A stretch of 64,000 bases of DNA from an uncultured Nitrososphaerales archaeon (GTDB lineage Archaea > Thermoproteota > Nitrososphaeria > Nitrososphaerales > Nitrososphaeraceae). The notes below the pieces were generated by a model. The model was not told where the DNA came from. It saw only the letters and a list, made by a program, of their open reading frames with translations, and searched no databases. Position 1 is the first letter of the stretch. Each line of letters opens with the position of its first letter. Shown here one piece after another: positions 33,280 through 44,052 of the stretch. The position numbers and the translations under genes are program-made. The DNA is taken from NCBI GenBank assembly GCA_963713605.1, contig CAVQMO010000012.1:96001-160000 (forward strand). The letters run 5' to 3'.

Positions 33280-33780
33280 TTAATCAAAATAGTCTGGCGG
33301 GTACAACTTCTGTCCATACTTTTCTGCGATGCTTTGGAGTCGTTTCAGTTCTTCCGGCGTCATTTGTGGAATAGACAAAAGAGTACCGGCGGTTACTGGC
33401 TTTCCTATTTCTAAGAACATTCTCTCCATACCGGCGGGTGTCGTAAAACATAGAATGTGTGCCGTTTTATCGGTTTCATTGGTAAATTTATGTACTGGTC
33501 CCTTAAAAGGTATATTTACATATGAGCCTTTTGGAGTAGTGTATACTTTTTCCTTTGTTATTACTTTGATCTCTCCATCTATAATGTAGAACGCTTCCTG
33601 GAAGATGGCGTGCGAATGGGGTCCGGGTCCTCCTTTCGGGGGAATCAACATATCAACAAGAGCATAAGCACCTCCTGTTTGCTCGCCACTTATAACAATG
33701 CGATAAGTATCACCTAACACTGATACACTAGGTCCTCCTTGCGCAGCCACCGAGGTAAGAGACTTGTTTATATTTTCCAT
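33280..33780 (-). CDS. Cupin domain protein (quercetinase-like)
   Basis: GPGPHSHAIFQEAFYIIDG...PVHKFTN...TPAGMERMF. Confidence 0.9.
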   Translation of the reverse strand: MENINKSLTSVAAQGGPSVSVLGDTYRIVISGEQTGGAYALVDMLIPPKGGPGPHSHAIFQEAFYIIDGEIKVITKEKVYTTPKGSYVNIPFKGPVHKFTNETDKTAHILCFTTPAGMERMFLEIGKPVTAGTLLSIPQMTPEELKRLQSIAEKYGQKLYPPDYFD

Positions 33781-34088
33781 GTTTTTACAAGTTGATTGTT
33801 ACAATTAATGTTTTATCGATAATCTATTATGTTCTATCCTTTGGCCCAGCTAACATATATCATCAATCTTAAACCTTTTTTGGATAATTTAGACGATTAT
33901 CTCGATAAACTGGACTGTCAAATGTGTGGCATAACTGAAGGAATTTTAACATCAAAAATAAGAAATATTTCTACGCAAGGTTAGGTACTAGGGGGTCAAT
34001 TCGTATGATGATTTCTACCTACCACTATACTTTTATAGTATGTTTTCTTCAATAGAGTCTCGAAGAGTATCTCACTCCCCCTTTCTAT

Positions 34089-34388
34089 TTAGGGCAGCTT
34101 GGCTGCAAGAACATCCACCTTCTCAATGCTGGGCGGCTGCGCGAAGAGCTCGGATGCTTTCTCTGTTAATGCGGCTGCTACTTGACCAGACAGATGGGCT
34201 TGACGACCAGACTCATCCGGGAAGGCATCAAAGATGCCGAAAGTAGATGGTCCCAAGCGAATTGCAAACCATGCAATAGTTGTTGGCTCTTCTTCGACAA
34301 TAGATAAACCTCCGTGTAGGAAGTTTTCGACGTCTGTTTCTTTTCCGGGTTTTGCTTCCAATCGAACAAATAACGCTACCCTAACCAT
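34089..34388 (-). CDS. Antibiotic biosynthesis monooxygenase (putative quinol monooxygenase)
   Basis: RLEAKPGKE...FGIFDAFPDESGRQAHL. Confidence 0.9.
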   Translation of the reverse strand: MVRVALFVRLEAKPGKETDVENFLHGGLSIVEEEPTTIAWFAIRLGPSTFGIFDAFPDESGRQAHLSGQVAAALTEKASELFAQPPSIEKVDVLAAKLP

Positions 34389-34713
34389 TATGTTTCCCTC
34401 CTTTCGATATTTTTGTTGTTGTCATACAATCTAAACTATACATGGTAACCGTTGAAATTTTTTTTGACATATCTTCTTTAATCAATATTAGGGAATGCAA
34501 CACATATTATATATAAGTAGTAACTTTCGGAAAACCAGTATTTTTGTCGTTAACTCTTCAGTGTTCACTAGATCCTTTGGGCTCATGAAATAGTCAAGTA
34601 TAGAGGTTCGGTTTTTCTCTCAACTGCCTCTGCTCTTTGTTCCAGTATTTTACCTAATATTTCCAGTATTTGAAACTATAACTCATGAAAACATGTACGA
34701 CAAGAAAAATAGT

Positions 34714-35805
34714 TCAGAGACCTTTTGCTCTGTGATTGTCTATAAGTGAAAAGGATTTTCCAAATAAGAATGTCAGGTTATCTTCAGACAAAAAATCGTG
34801 AGGAAATCCTAACTGAATCTTAGTTTTGTCGTCTAGCCTTTTCAACTGATCTGGTGTTAATTCAAAATCTAGACAACCTAGATTGTCAGTTATTTGAGCT
34901 TCAGTTTTAGCTCCTATAATAGGTATTATAACTCCTTTATTTTGTTTATTTTGCTGCCTTATCCAGTTCAATGCGACTTGTGATGGAGTCCTATCTATTT
35001 CTCGTGCTATTTCCTGGACTTCATTTGCTATAGAAAAGTTTCTTTCATTTAAATAATTAGCTGTCATTGGATTTCCAACATCTAATCTATTTTGTTGTTG
35101 TTTGCCTTTGTCATCATTACTAACAGCTTGTTTGTTATACTTTCCTGTAAGAACTCCTGAGCCTAAAGGAGACCATGCCGTTACACCGATGTCCAAGGCA
35201 TGCGCCATAGGCAATAATTCTCTTTCAGGAGTCCTTTCAATAAGACTATACATTATCTGAATCCCTATGAATGGCGACCAACTTCGTAGATCTGCTATAC
35301 TGTTTGCTTGTGAAACAATCCAAGCAGGTGTATCAGATATACCTACATAAAGGATTTTTCCAGATCTTATCAAATCGTCTAATGCTCTCATAACTTCCTC
35401 AATAGGAGTCATAGGATCCCATATATGGATCCACAATAGATCGATGTATGATGTGTTTAACCGTTTAAGACTTGCATCAACAGATTGAACTAGATTCTTA
35501 CGGTGGCTTCCAGATGCATTGGGATCATCAGGATCTGTTGATATGGTGTACTTTGTAGCTAGAACAAATTTCTTTCGATCAGGTGCAATAAATTCACCAA
35601 CATATTTTTCACTAGTTCCATTTTGATATATATTTGCAGTATCAATAAAATTGCCTCCTGTATTTACAAAAGAGTCAAATATTTTCTTGGCACTTTCTTT
35701 AGGAGCTCCAGCTAACATAGAACCCCAATCTTGCCCGAATGTCATTGCTCCTAGACACAGCTCAGATACTCGTAATCCACTCTTTCCGAAGAGTTTGTAT
35801 CTCAT
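34714..35805 (-). CDS. Aldo/keto reductase
   Basis: GLRVSELCLG, GGNFIDTANIY, LATKY, SLKRLNTSYIDL, AWSPLGSG. Confidence 0.95.
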   Translation of the reverse strand: MRYKLFGKSGLRVSELCLGAMTFGQDWGSMLAGAPKESAKKIFDSFVNTGGNFIDTANIYQNGTSEKYVGEFIAPDRKKFVLATKYTISTDPDDPNASGSHRKNLVQSVDASLKRLNTSYIDLLWIHIWDPMTPIEEVMRALDDLIRSGKILYVGISDTPAWIVSQANSIADLRSWSPFIGIQIMYSLIERTPERELLPMAHALDIGVTAWSPLGSGVLTGKYNKQAVSNDDKGKQQQNRLDVGNPMTANYLNERNFSIANEVQEIAREIDRTPSQVALNWIRQQNKQNKGVIIPIIGAKTEAQITDNLGCLDFELTPDQLKRLDDKTKIQLGFPHDFLSEDNLTFLFGKSFSLIDNHRAKGL

Positions 35806-36138
35806 AACTATTTAGAAACCTCCTCATTCTTATTTTCTTTCTTTTACTAAAGCCATCTAGTACATGATCACTACACTACATTGGTTTCCTTTTTGATTCT
35901 TCGCGCAGCTGATCTATAGAACTGTGATACCTTCTGTAGTTTGTTTCTGCGATAACTTCGTTATGTGTACAGGTCTATATGAGGGGATTATGACTTGCAA
36001 ACAACCAAGCTCTCATATAATATAAAAAGAGAAAATAATAAGATTCTACAACTTGGAAGCTATAAACTTCCTGGATATAACCAACTTAATTTAGTAATTG
36101 AACACTGAGAGTTGATCTTATCTTAAATATCTTGGAAT

Positions 36139-36480
36139 TTAATTAATTTCTTTCTCAACCGGATTGCTCGTCGAATATCGTGGTTGGCTTCGGCAATCTC
36201 CATAGCATATTCTATTACCATATTTTAAATCAGCAAAACGGTCCAGAATGCTTTCAAGTGTGTCTATTTCATTATTTAGAATGTCAGACTCTCGGAGATT
36301 ATCTGATTCTTTTAATTTTAGATTTAGCTCTTCTACTTCTGGTTGGAGAGTGCTTTCAAATTCAATATAATCCGCTACTTCTAATCGCATTTTGTTGTTT
36401 TTAGGCTGTAAACGCTTTCGTTCATTGTCTAGATTCAAAATCGAATTGATTATCGTTCCTGCCCAGCTAACAAATTCAAA
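36139..36480 (-). pseudogene. Truncated paralog of 28851..29402
   Basis: EELNLKLKESDNLRESDILNNEIDTLESILDRFADLKYG. Confidence 0.85.
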
Positions 36481-36565
36481 CGGTTTGGGCAGACCAACTT
36501 TCAAAATGAATGATTAGTAAATAAGATATCTATACTTTTATACAAGAATCTATACCGTTTAATTC

Positions 36566-37755
36566 ATGGAACATAAAACTTCGAGACGAATGAGGGTTAT
36601 TTGCTTATCGATAAGTATGGTCGTATTAATAATGCCCTTGTCTTTCATTTTGACAACGATAGCTGCAATAAACGTACCTGCCGCTTACGCGTCAGTTCAT
36701 ATGAGAACAGCGTGGGATAGTCAGGGCTATCTGAAATTTGTTTCGACTACAATGTCCAATGTTTCTAACTCTCTTGGCGGTGAGAATGTCACAATGACAC
36801 AAATCCCTGAATCTGCAAGAGGGCCTGCAATCCCTGAAACGGGTTATCTAGTTGAAGAAATACGTGATAATTTGTATTGGGTCACAGATGGCTCTTATAA
36901 TACAATGTTTTTGGTAACAGATGAGGGTGTTGTCGCAATTGATGCTCCACCATCAATTGGACAAAACTACTTGAAAGCAATAGCAAACGTCACTGACAAG
37001 CCGATCACGCATGTAATATACAGTCATGCCCATTTAGATCACATTGGCGCAGCTGGAATCTTTCCAAAGAATGCAACCTATATAGCTCATGAAGACACGG
37101 CGTCGGAATTACAACGGGCGATGAGTCTAGCCAGTAATACTTCTGCAGTTCCACCGGTACCAACTATAACTTTTCCAAATAATTATACATTACAAGTTGG
37201 AAATCAAACACTTAACCTAGATTATTATGGTGTAAATCACATGCCTGGAAATCTCTTTATCTACGCACCAAATCAGAAAACACTCATGCTAGTGGATGTA
37301 GTATTTCCTGGTTGGGTTCCATATGTCTATTTAGGAATTGCTGAAGATGTTGCAGGTTTTATAAAAGCTCATGATATAGCCCTAAATAATTATGACTTTG
37401 ATACTTTCGTTGGTGGACATCTTACTAGGCTGGGAACAAGAGATGATGTAGTAACACAGCAAGAATTTATCTCTGATCTGGGAAAACTGCCGCTAAAGCT
37501 AACAGCGAAGTCCAATTTGGCGATATAGCCGCACAAGTAGGTAGCACCGCAGACACTTGGCTACTTTTCTCTAAGTATATTGATGCAGTAGACCAGAATT
37601 GTATCCAGACCATGTTGCCAAAGTGGGAGAGTAGACTTGGAGGCGCTGAAGCATTTATGCCTACTCATTGCTTCGCTATGACTCAGGCTGGAAGAGTTGA
37701 ACCAAGTGTGAGTGCAATACTTCAAAATAGCACTATGCCTACTACTATTAATTAG
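36566..37755 (+). CDS. Secreted metallo-beta-lactamase-fold hydrolase, frameshift in the A-run at about 37485
   Basis: YSHAHLDHIG, NHMPGN, GGHL; shifted frame stays open to TAG at 37755. Confidence 0.88.
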
Positions 37756-37806
37756 AAAAACTATCCGTTTCCTAATTAAGAAGAGTATGGTACTTATGCT
37801 CTTCTT

Positions 37807-37890
37807 TTACCTCTTCAGAATGTACTGATTTACAAGATAAGTCCCGGCGGCTGAAGCTATAGCAACAGCGATTCTTCTTTTGGTAGACAA
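37807..37890 (-). CDS. 27-aa small peptide, paralog of 29464..29571 (possibly truncated)
   Basis: TTG start, MSTKRRIAVAIASAAGTYLVNQYILKR. Confidence 0.5.
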   Translation of the reverse strand: MSTKRRIAVAIASAAGTYLVNQYILKR

Positions 37891-37905
37891 TACCCAACCG
37901 AACCC

Positions 37906-37972
37906 TTCCGGAAACTAATCAAGCAGTCATAGAGTGGCAACGCTACTGGATTCCATATTTTTATTTAATTTG
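37906..37972 (+). pseudogene. 3' remnant of a DUF1059 gene with downstream T-rich tract
   Basis: FRKLIKQS* versus FQKLIKQS* at 29951; shared TTCCAT..TTTTATTTAATTT. Confidence 0.65.
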
Positions 37973-38350
37973 ATGATTCTAATATCCTAATCTAAGATGG
38001 CAAATGGTTATAATTTTAATCGATCTATATGCTAGTCTATCCATATAGCATACTTAAGAACATACTACTATATGCTATTGATAAATATGTTTTCTAACCC
38101 GAAAGAAAGGCGTGTGGTTGAATGCCGCAAATTCGGGATGAGTCACAAGCAGATTTCTAAAGTCATGATTTCAGTCCGTGACAATAAATCAATTTTGAAT
38201 AGAGTTGGCAATGTATCTGGATATGCCGATAATGACGGAATCGCAGGTCCCGATTCGTTAATGTCAATCTACACTCTAGTAGAGCTTAGGTCAAGATGCT
38301 AGGTACTTATGTTCATCTTATACTTATGTTCATTTGTGCTAAACAGCCTT

Positions 38351-39043
38351 TTATGGACCGCTCCACTCGAATGGAATGTGTTTACTTGATCTTCCTTTTC
38401 TTCCCCATTTGAAGCCCATCGCATCGGCCTCGTCAGCAAGTGATTTTCCCCATGTTGCAACTCCTCCTGGCCCTACTTCACTTCCAGGTGGGTTAATAGT
38501 TTGCACTCTTTTACCAGGGGGTGTCGTAGGTCCAGTTAATGCTTCAGCTTTTGCTAGAACCTTTCCTGGTATCTCTGCACTCCAATATGATAAATCATCA
38601 GCTATTTCAAACTTGATAGGAGCATATTCGATTCCTCGAACCTGTCCGATAACGATTGCTATTTCAGCCATAAATCCACCAGCCTTTCCACTGAAGATCA
38701 TATTCAAAGCTTCTCTCTGCTGTTCATTGGCCTTCTCGTCAAAAAAGATAGCCATATTCAATTTTGTTTTACCATCACCAGCCCAGATATTGCCTTTGAA
38801 GCTAACCAGAGCCAATACGTTTAAGCCATCAAGGGGTGTTTCACCGTAACTGCCTTTTTTGATATTATAGGCCATAATACCGTCGCAATCGTCATAAGTT
38901 GGAGTTTGAGCAAACTCACAGGGACATGGTATATTACACTTACAAACGTCAAACCAATCGCCTGTAACGCTCCAGTTTGGAATCTTCCCTTGAGTAGCGG
39001 CAGTAGTAGTTGTTGCACTTGTTGCTGCTGCCATATTTCTCAA
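38351..39043 (-). CDS. DUF1326 family metal-binding protein
   Basis: WSVTGDWFDVCKCNIPCPC...CDG...DEKANEQQREALNMIFSG. Confidence 0.88.
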   Translation of the reverse strand: MRNMAAATSATTTTAATQGKIPNWSVTGDWFDVCKCNIPCPCEFAQTPTYDDCDGIMAYNIKKGSYGETPLDGLNVLALVSFKGNIWAGDGKTKLNMAIFFDEKANEQQREALNMIFSGKAGGFMAEIAIVIGQVRGIEYAPIKFEIADDLSYWSAEIPGKVLAKAEALTGPTTPPGKRVQTINPPGSEVGPGGVATWGKSLADEADAMGFKWGRKGRSSKHIPFEWSGP

Positions 39044-39260
39044 TAATATAGGTGATATTTTAGCATTTCATGCATTTTTTCATGTTTTTATTCATATGCT
39101 CTTTGCTAACTTGCCCGATGTCATTGACATTAAGAAACTGGAAGTGTACGATGCATGAAAGAAACGTTAAAGGTCAGTTCGTCACAGTTAAATGAGATAA
39201 TGAAAATATTTTTTCAATGAAAAACTAGTTTTTCAACAATTGGATACGGAATGCACTGGT

Positions 39261-39824
39261 CTATGCCGTAGTTTCTGTCACACCTCGTATCTTATATTTA
39301 AGTGAAGTTCGATACATTCTCGATATAGGATGGTATTCATTTATTTTTCCAATAAGGTTCATTCCATTTTTTTCTAAAACCCTAATCGAGGCCATATTTT
39401 CAGGGAAGACATGAGCATAGATTTCTTCAAGTTCTAATTCAGTAAACCCATATGAAATAATGAGTTGTACACTTGCTGTAGCTATCCCTTTACCCCAATA
39501 TTCTTCTCCAATCCAGTATCCTAGGCTTGCATTTTTATTCACTAGATCAATACATTTGAGGCCTACAACTCCTACTAACAGCAGAGAATCATTAATTGAC
39601 TTGTATTCTATTGCAAAATGTATGGCATTAAAAGAGTTAAAATCGCTATAGGAAGATTTGATAAAGTCTAACGCATTTTTCATCGTATAGGGATAGGGTA
39701 GATCATACAGATTTTTTGCAATGTTATAGTTCATAAAACGAGTTATGAGCTTTGCATCATTTGCTGAAAGTTCTCTCAAGTTAGTAAAAACACCATTTAA
39801 TTTAGGGAAATTTCTAAATGCCAT
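39261..39824 (-). CDS. GNAT N-acetyltransferase (RimJ/RimL type)
   Basis: LGYWIGEEYWGKGIAT, PENMASIRVLEKNG. Confidence 0.92.
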   Translation of the reverse strand: MAFRNFPKLNGVFTNLRELSANDAKLITRFMNYNIAKNLYDLPYPYTMKNALDFIKSSYSDFNSFNAIHFAIEYKSINDSLLLVGVVGLKCIDLVNKNASLGYWIGEEYWGKGIATASVQLIISYGFTELELEEIYAHVFPENMASIRVLEKNGMNLIGKINEYHPISRMYRTSLKYKIRGVTETTA

Positions 39825-39984
39825 ATTTTGTTACCATTGATTATATTTCATAATTAAAAGTGAGATGCATGATCATATGCTATCAAAGTGCTATAGTAAC
39901 AATTTTTGACCATAGTTTCAACCTCGAACTACAGAATAATTATCTGTTTGTATTGTTGTATAAATAATCATATTGCAACAGTGA

Positions 39985-40032
39985 ATGCAATATTACATTG
40001 GATGTTCAGGTTGGAGTGACTCATCATGGCAC
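39985..40032 (+). pseudogene. DUF72 family N-terminal shard
   Basis: MQYYIGCSGWSDSSW followed by unrelated sequence. Confidence 0.55.
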
Positions 40033-40291
40033 CTAAATAATGTTTTCGGTACCACTTTCCTTACTGACCTTTTATTGTTTACTGTCTTACAAGATCGGGT
40101 ATCACTAAGTTTTTTCAGAGGGTGCAACATTCTACATAAACAACACCCGAGTCGAATCCTGGTCCAATGCCTTTTGCTGTCAATGTACATATGCTAGTAA
40201 TATTTGTGAGTCTTTCACCTCTCTCCGTTCTCATTCCTAGACAGCTTTAATAACCAAATATTGTAATGAGACCCATTAGAGGGAATATCAA

Positions 40292-40657
40292 TTGGTGAAG
40301 TATTTTGTGATAAGTGACCAAACCGCCAGTACGAATGAACTAACAGATCTAGACATTACAAAATATCTTCTTTCGAAGCTTATAAAGGACCACAACGGTA
40401 TTAAAAGAATGACGCAAGTACTTTATCGCGATGAAAGGCTTGTTTCAGAGTTATTGGAGTTTTTTAGAGGTGCAGGATGGATTAAACATAATACAAATGG
40501 TACCTATGTAGTAACAATGAAAGGCAAAAAAAATAATAGAATAATATCGAAACTATTCAATCAACCAACGTGTCATGGATGGTATGGGGGAATCCTATTG
40601 CAAAATACCTCATATTTTTGCAAGGAAAAAAAGTGCCCCACGTTACTCGAACCATAG
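40292..40657 (+). CDS. Winged-helix-like hypothetical protein
   Basis: LLEFFRGAGWIKHNTNGTYVVTMKG wing motif. Confidence 0.5.
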   Translation: MVKYFVISDQTASTNELTDLDITKYLLSKLIKDHNGIKRMTQVLYRDERLVSELLEFFRGAGWIKHNTNGTYVVTMKGKKNNRIISKLFNQPTCHGWYGGILLQNTSYFCKEKKCPTLLEP

Positions 40658-40714
40658 GATTTGTCAGAGTAATAGATAATTAGAACAAAGGTAACCTTGA
40701 TTCATACCTGTTAA

Positions 40715-41040
40715 TTTATGATTCTAATGTTGTAATACACGGTGTACCTGGGGTTGAACCAGGTGTAGAAAGTGCTAAAAAGTTCTATCAAGGATTGAAC
40801 AGCGCTTTTCCAGGAATACAAATTACAGTTGATGATTTATTCACCAGAGCTAACAAGCTTGCTTGCAGATTTACTGTAAGTGGAACACATAAAGCAGAAT
40901 TCATGGGATACCTCCCACAAATAAATCTAGCGAATTCTCAGGCATTACTATCCTTAAATTCAGAGATGGTAAATGTGTGGAAAGGTGGAATCAAGCTGAT
41001 TTCTTTAGAATGTTACAACAATTAGGTGTAATTTCAGGAA
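40715..41040 (+). pseudogene. SnoaL-like ester cyclase, 5'-truncated and frameshifted
   Basis: SAFPGIQITVDD...SGTHKAEFMG; PPTNK..FRDGKCVERW in a shifted frame. Confidence 0.8.
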
Positions 41041-41239
41041 GGACAACCTTCTCTCTTTTTAAATTCTAAATTTCGGTCGCATAATTGCTGATAGATTCGA
41101 GCTGAATTGCTTACCTCAGCTTTCATTGAATTTAATTCAGCTCTGAGTATGCGGTGGGTATTACGTATGAATTTATATCCAATTGAACTGCAACCTACCA
41201 GCCTTTCTACATTGAATCTCTAAACAATAGTCGTACATT

Positions 41240-41827
41240 TTACCTTTTCTTGATCCTTGTCCTTCTGCGCCTAGTGCTAGCAATTGCTTTGTTCTTTTTG
41301 CTCATTCTAGATTTAGGTTTGACGATGGTAGTAGTAGCAGAACTCAATTTTCTGAATCTTGTTTTTATTGTAGAAGCTGTTCTTAATTTTTGAACATCAT
41401 TTTCAACCCGCGACACCTGCTTTTGTAGCTGACCAAGTTGGGATTTAATTTGTTTGATTGATTGTAATTGAGACTGTCTTAGCCCCAGTCCCGCTGCAAT
41501 AGTGGACTGTCTTTGTTTCTGTAAAGACTGAATCAAAGTTGTTATTCTATCAATCTGATTTCCATTCTTCTCTACCTGTTTTGATATATGTAATAAGTAT
41601 GTAATTGCTCGTCTTCTCTTCTGCCTCTTTTTGCTAATAAGAGATTTTTCCTGTGATTCTTCTATTTCCTTGTTTTGTTCTTGTAAGTTTTCTTCCTGTA
41701 AAATTTGTTCCTGTGGTATTAGTGCCGGCGTCTCTTCTACGAAATTCTGATTTTCTGCTACTGTAGATGAAGTTAATTCCTCTTCACTTTCTTCAGCCAT
41801 ATGTTCTGACACTATCGTGTTAGTCAT
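41240..41827 (-). CDS. Acidic N-terminus / coiled coil / basic tail hypothetical protein
   Basis: 195 aa; paralog at 51139..51739. Confidence 0.75.
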   Translation of the reverse strand: MTNTIVSEHMAEESEEELTSSTVAENQNFVEETPALIPQEQILQEENLQEQNKEIEESQEKSLISKKRQKRRRAITYLLHISKQVEKNGNQIDRITTLIQSLQKQRQSTIAAGLGLRQSQLQSIKQIKSQLGQLQKQVSRVENDVQKLRTASTIKTRFRKLSSATTTIVKPKSRMSKKNKAIASTRRRRTRIKKR

Positions 41828-42118
41828 AAATATAATTACGATACTTAAATGTGTAGTTATAACATCAATTCATTTCTTCAGTGAATAAGTCACTAGTGAT
41901 ATTTGAACACTTTCAGGACTTTGTTACTCTTAAACTAGTAACAGAGACAAAAAATAGGTCTACCAAACCTACCCTTGATGAACACCTTACGAGCGATGGA
42001 GGTTAGATTCCGCAGGTACTATTTAGACCAGGATTGGGATTGGGGTAGAGACAAGCCCATGGCCGCCTTATCTTTGGATATTGCTTTCAGACGGTATAGA
42101 ATATAATGACCATTCGGG

Positions 42119-42350
42119 TAAAAGTTTTTTGGTACAATAAAAAGGTAGGACAACCAGAAAAAAATCGAACAGGTACCTTTTGCGTACCTGCTGCTGCACA
42201 CTCACAACATAGTATAAAAGTGGATACTATGGAAGGTATGCAAGCAAGCAGTACTAATAAGACTTCTAGTAGGTAGTAGATCGTGGATTGGATGGATGTC
42301 CTTTCAACGACTGTGCTACCTACCCTTGAGAGTATAGTCCAATTAAGGAC
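42119..42350 (+). repeat. Non-coding hairpin module A, copy 2
   Basis: GGTAC/GTACC (42131-35/42184-88), AAAAGGTA/TACCTTTT, CATAGTAT/ATACTATG (42208-15/42224-31), GTAGGTAG/CTACCTAC (42269-76/42316-23), GTCC/GGAC (42337-40/42347-50). Confidence 0.7.
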
Positions 42351-42393
42351 ACTTAAAATGCTTCGATGTTGGTTAAATAGTTTTTAGGATCCT

Positions 42394-42672
42394 TTGCTAT
42401 TGTACGCCGTTTTGCAATGCCAAAACCCACGACATAAACAGCACTTAAAGAGATTCCTCGCGAAATATCCAACGACTGATAAGAATGGAGAGTTTCCAAT
42501 TATAACAGTAAATCCAGTGGATTGGGCTATTGACTTAGAAGATCCAAAGAAGAATACTGTCCAATGCTGTCAAATGTGTAGTATACAAGAAGATATCAAG
42601 AGAGTAACTAGTCCTGGGTGGACAGGTCAACCTGCTAGTTTTAACCCTTACGAATGGAAGATAAATTATTAA
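42394..42672 (+). CDS. Hypothetical Cys/His protein embedded between modules A and B
   Basis: 92 aa, TTG start; CQNPRH and CCQMC motifs. Confidence 0.5.
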   Translation: MLLYAVLQCQNPRHKQHLKRFLAKYPTTDKNGEFPIITVNPVDWAIDLEDPKKNTVQCCQMCSIQEDIKRVTSPGWTGQPASFNPYEWKINY

Positions 42673-42848
42673 TAATAATACGGAGTTGGCCGGCGGTATA
42701 AAGTGCAACCTAAAATACCAACCATTTCCGATGCCAGGAATGCTTAATCCTATATTACTTGGGTCAATTTTGCTAATAATAGTTTAATTATTGAGTGTGT
42801 AAGAATAGTTAACTCGGCAAGCAGGCATAGACGACCTGCCTGCCGAAT

Positions 42849-43022
42849 TGTTCTACTTGTATGAGAGTAGTCCAGTTACGGACATTTCATGATAAATTAA
42901 AACCTTGTTTATAATTTTTTAGGATAGGTAAGGGTTAGTAAGGGTAAATGGATGCGGACAACACAAACGCCCTTACCTATCCTGTGCAGGTGTCCATTGA
43001 ATTTGGTGTCTTAAAATTAACA
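42849..43022 (+). repeat. 174-bp conserved structured element B, copy 2
   Basis: 169/174 identical to 2437-2610; 14-bp inverted repeat 42921-42934/42970-42983. Confidence 0.9.
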
Positions 43023-43148
43023 AAACCTTTTAAAAATTTAGTAGGTAAAATTTTGAAAATAAAAAAGTGAAAGGTCGTTGCTCCACCTCCAACGTGACCG
43101 CCACTGCCACGGTAACAAGAATCGTCTTCAACCATTAACCAGTTTGAT

Positions 43149-43818
43149 TTAAATGAGAAGACCTATAATCCCTTGTAAGTCGCCGACATTTCCTATTGAT
43201 CCCCAATTTACTATGCCTCCACAACCAGTAGGTTCTTCCAATGCCTTAAGTGCACCAATAATCAATGGAAGTGGTAGACTGGCCAGAAATGATCCACCAC
43301 CAGCCAAAAGATGCCATTGCGTATACATTCAACTGCGCGCTCTCCTTCTGTAGTGAGAGTATTGTCCGGATTAACTAGAACATCGCATGATGATACCAAG
43401 GCTGCTTGTAAGTCGTTTCATGTCTTAATCCAGTCGATACCTTCTCCTTGCGACGTAGGTGATTGAGTAGAGGACTCTGCTGGGAATGGTTTGTCAATTA
43501 AACCTCCTCCTCTATCAATGGAACCTCCGGTCTGACTGGATTGCGAAGGTTGAGTCGGCGTCGATCCTCCTGTCTTTGAAGAGGGTGGTTGGGTATCAGG
43601 TGATTTTACTGGGTCACAAGTAAAATCATCATAGTACCCCCGAACAAACTCATCTGTATAACCTTCGAGTTGCCCTACCGTTTTGGATTCAGCCAATCCA
43701 GAAGAAGCCTCGTCACAACCCCTATCACGACCTGTGTCATATTGAGAACTCATGCATAAACTTGAAGAGTACCGATTAACTGTTGTGAAATCAGTGTGCT
43801 ACTAACTGCCATAGTCAT
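43149..43818 (-). pseudogene. Secreted Cys-containing protein with two frameshifts and an in-frame TGA (43418-43420)
   Basis: YDTGRDRGCDEA...GIDWIKT*NDLQAALVSSCDVLVNPDNTLTTEGERAVECIRNG. Confidence 0.7.
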
Positions 43819-44052
43819 GAACTATTCCTTTATTTGAAAAGACTGGTGACTTAATTATTGAACTAAGAAGTTTTTTGGAAAGTACTATTGAGGTATTACG
43901 TCGTTATTAATGCCACCCTCAGGTGGCCTTTTGCACCAATGGAAGTATCAATACCTAAAGATGTTGCTACTGCAATAAAATCACAGAAAAGTGAAAAATT
44001 AAGGATGTATTGACTGAACTAAAATATACATAGATAGGTTTCAAGAGGAGAT

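Noticed and set aside
42300..42342. Group I intron R/S-like motifs (TCAACGACT...AGAGTATAGTCC)
   Set aside because: Spacing leaves no room for P8 or the P4-P6 domain, and no matching P/Q pair was found
43418..43420. Selenocysteine recoding at TGA
   Set aside because: The gene also has frameshifts, no SECIS evidence, and Sec is not known in this lineage
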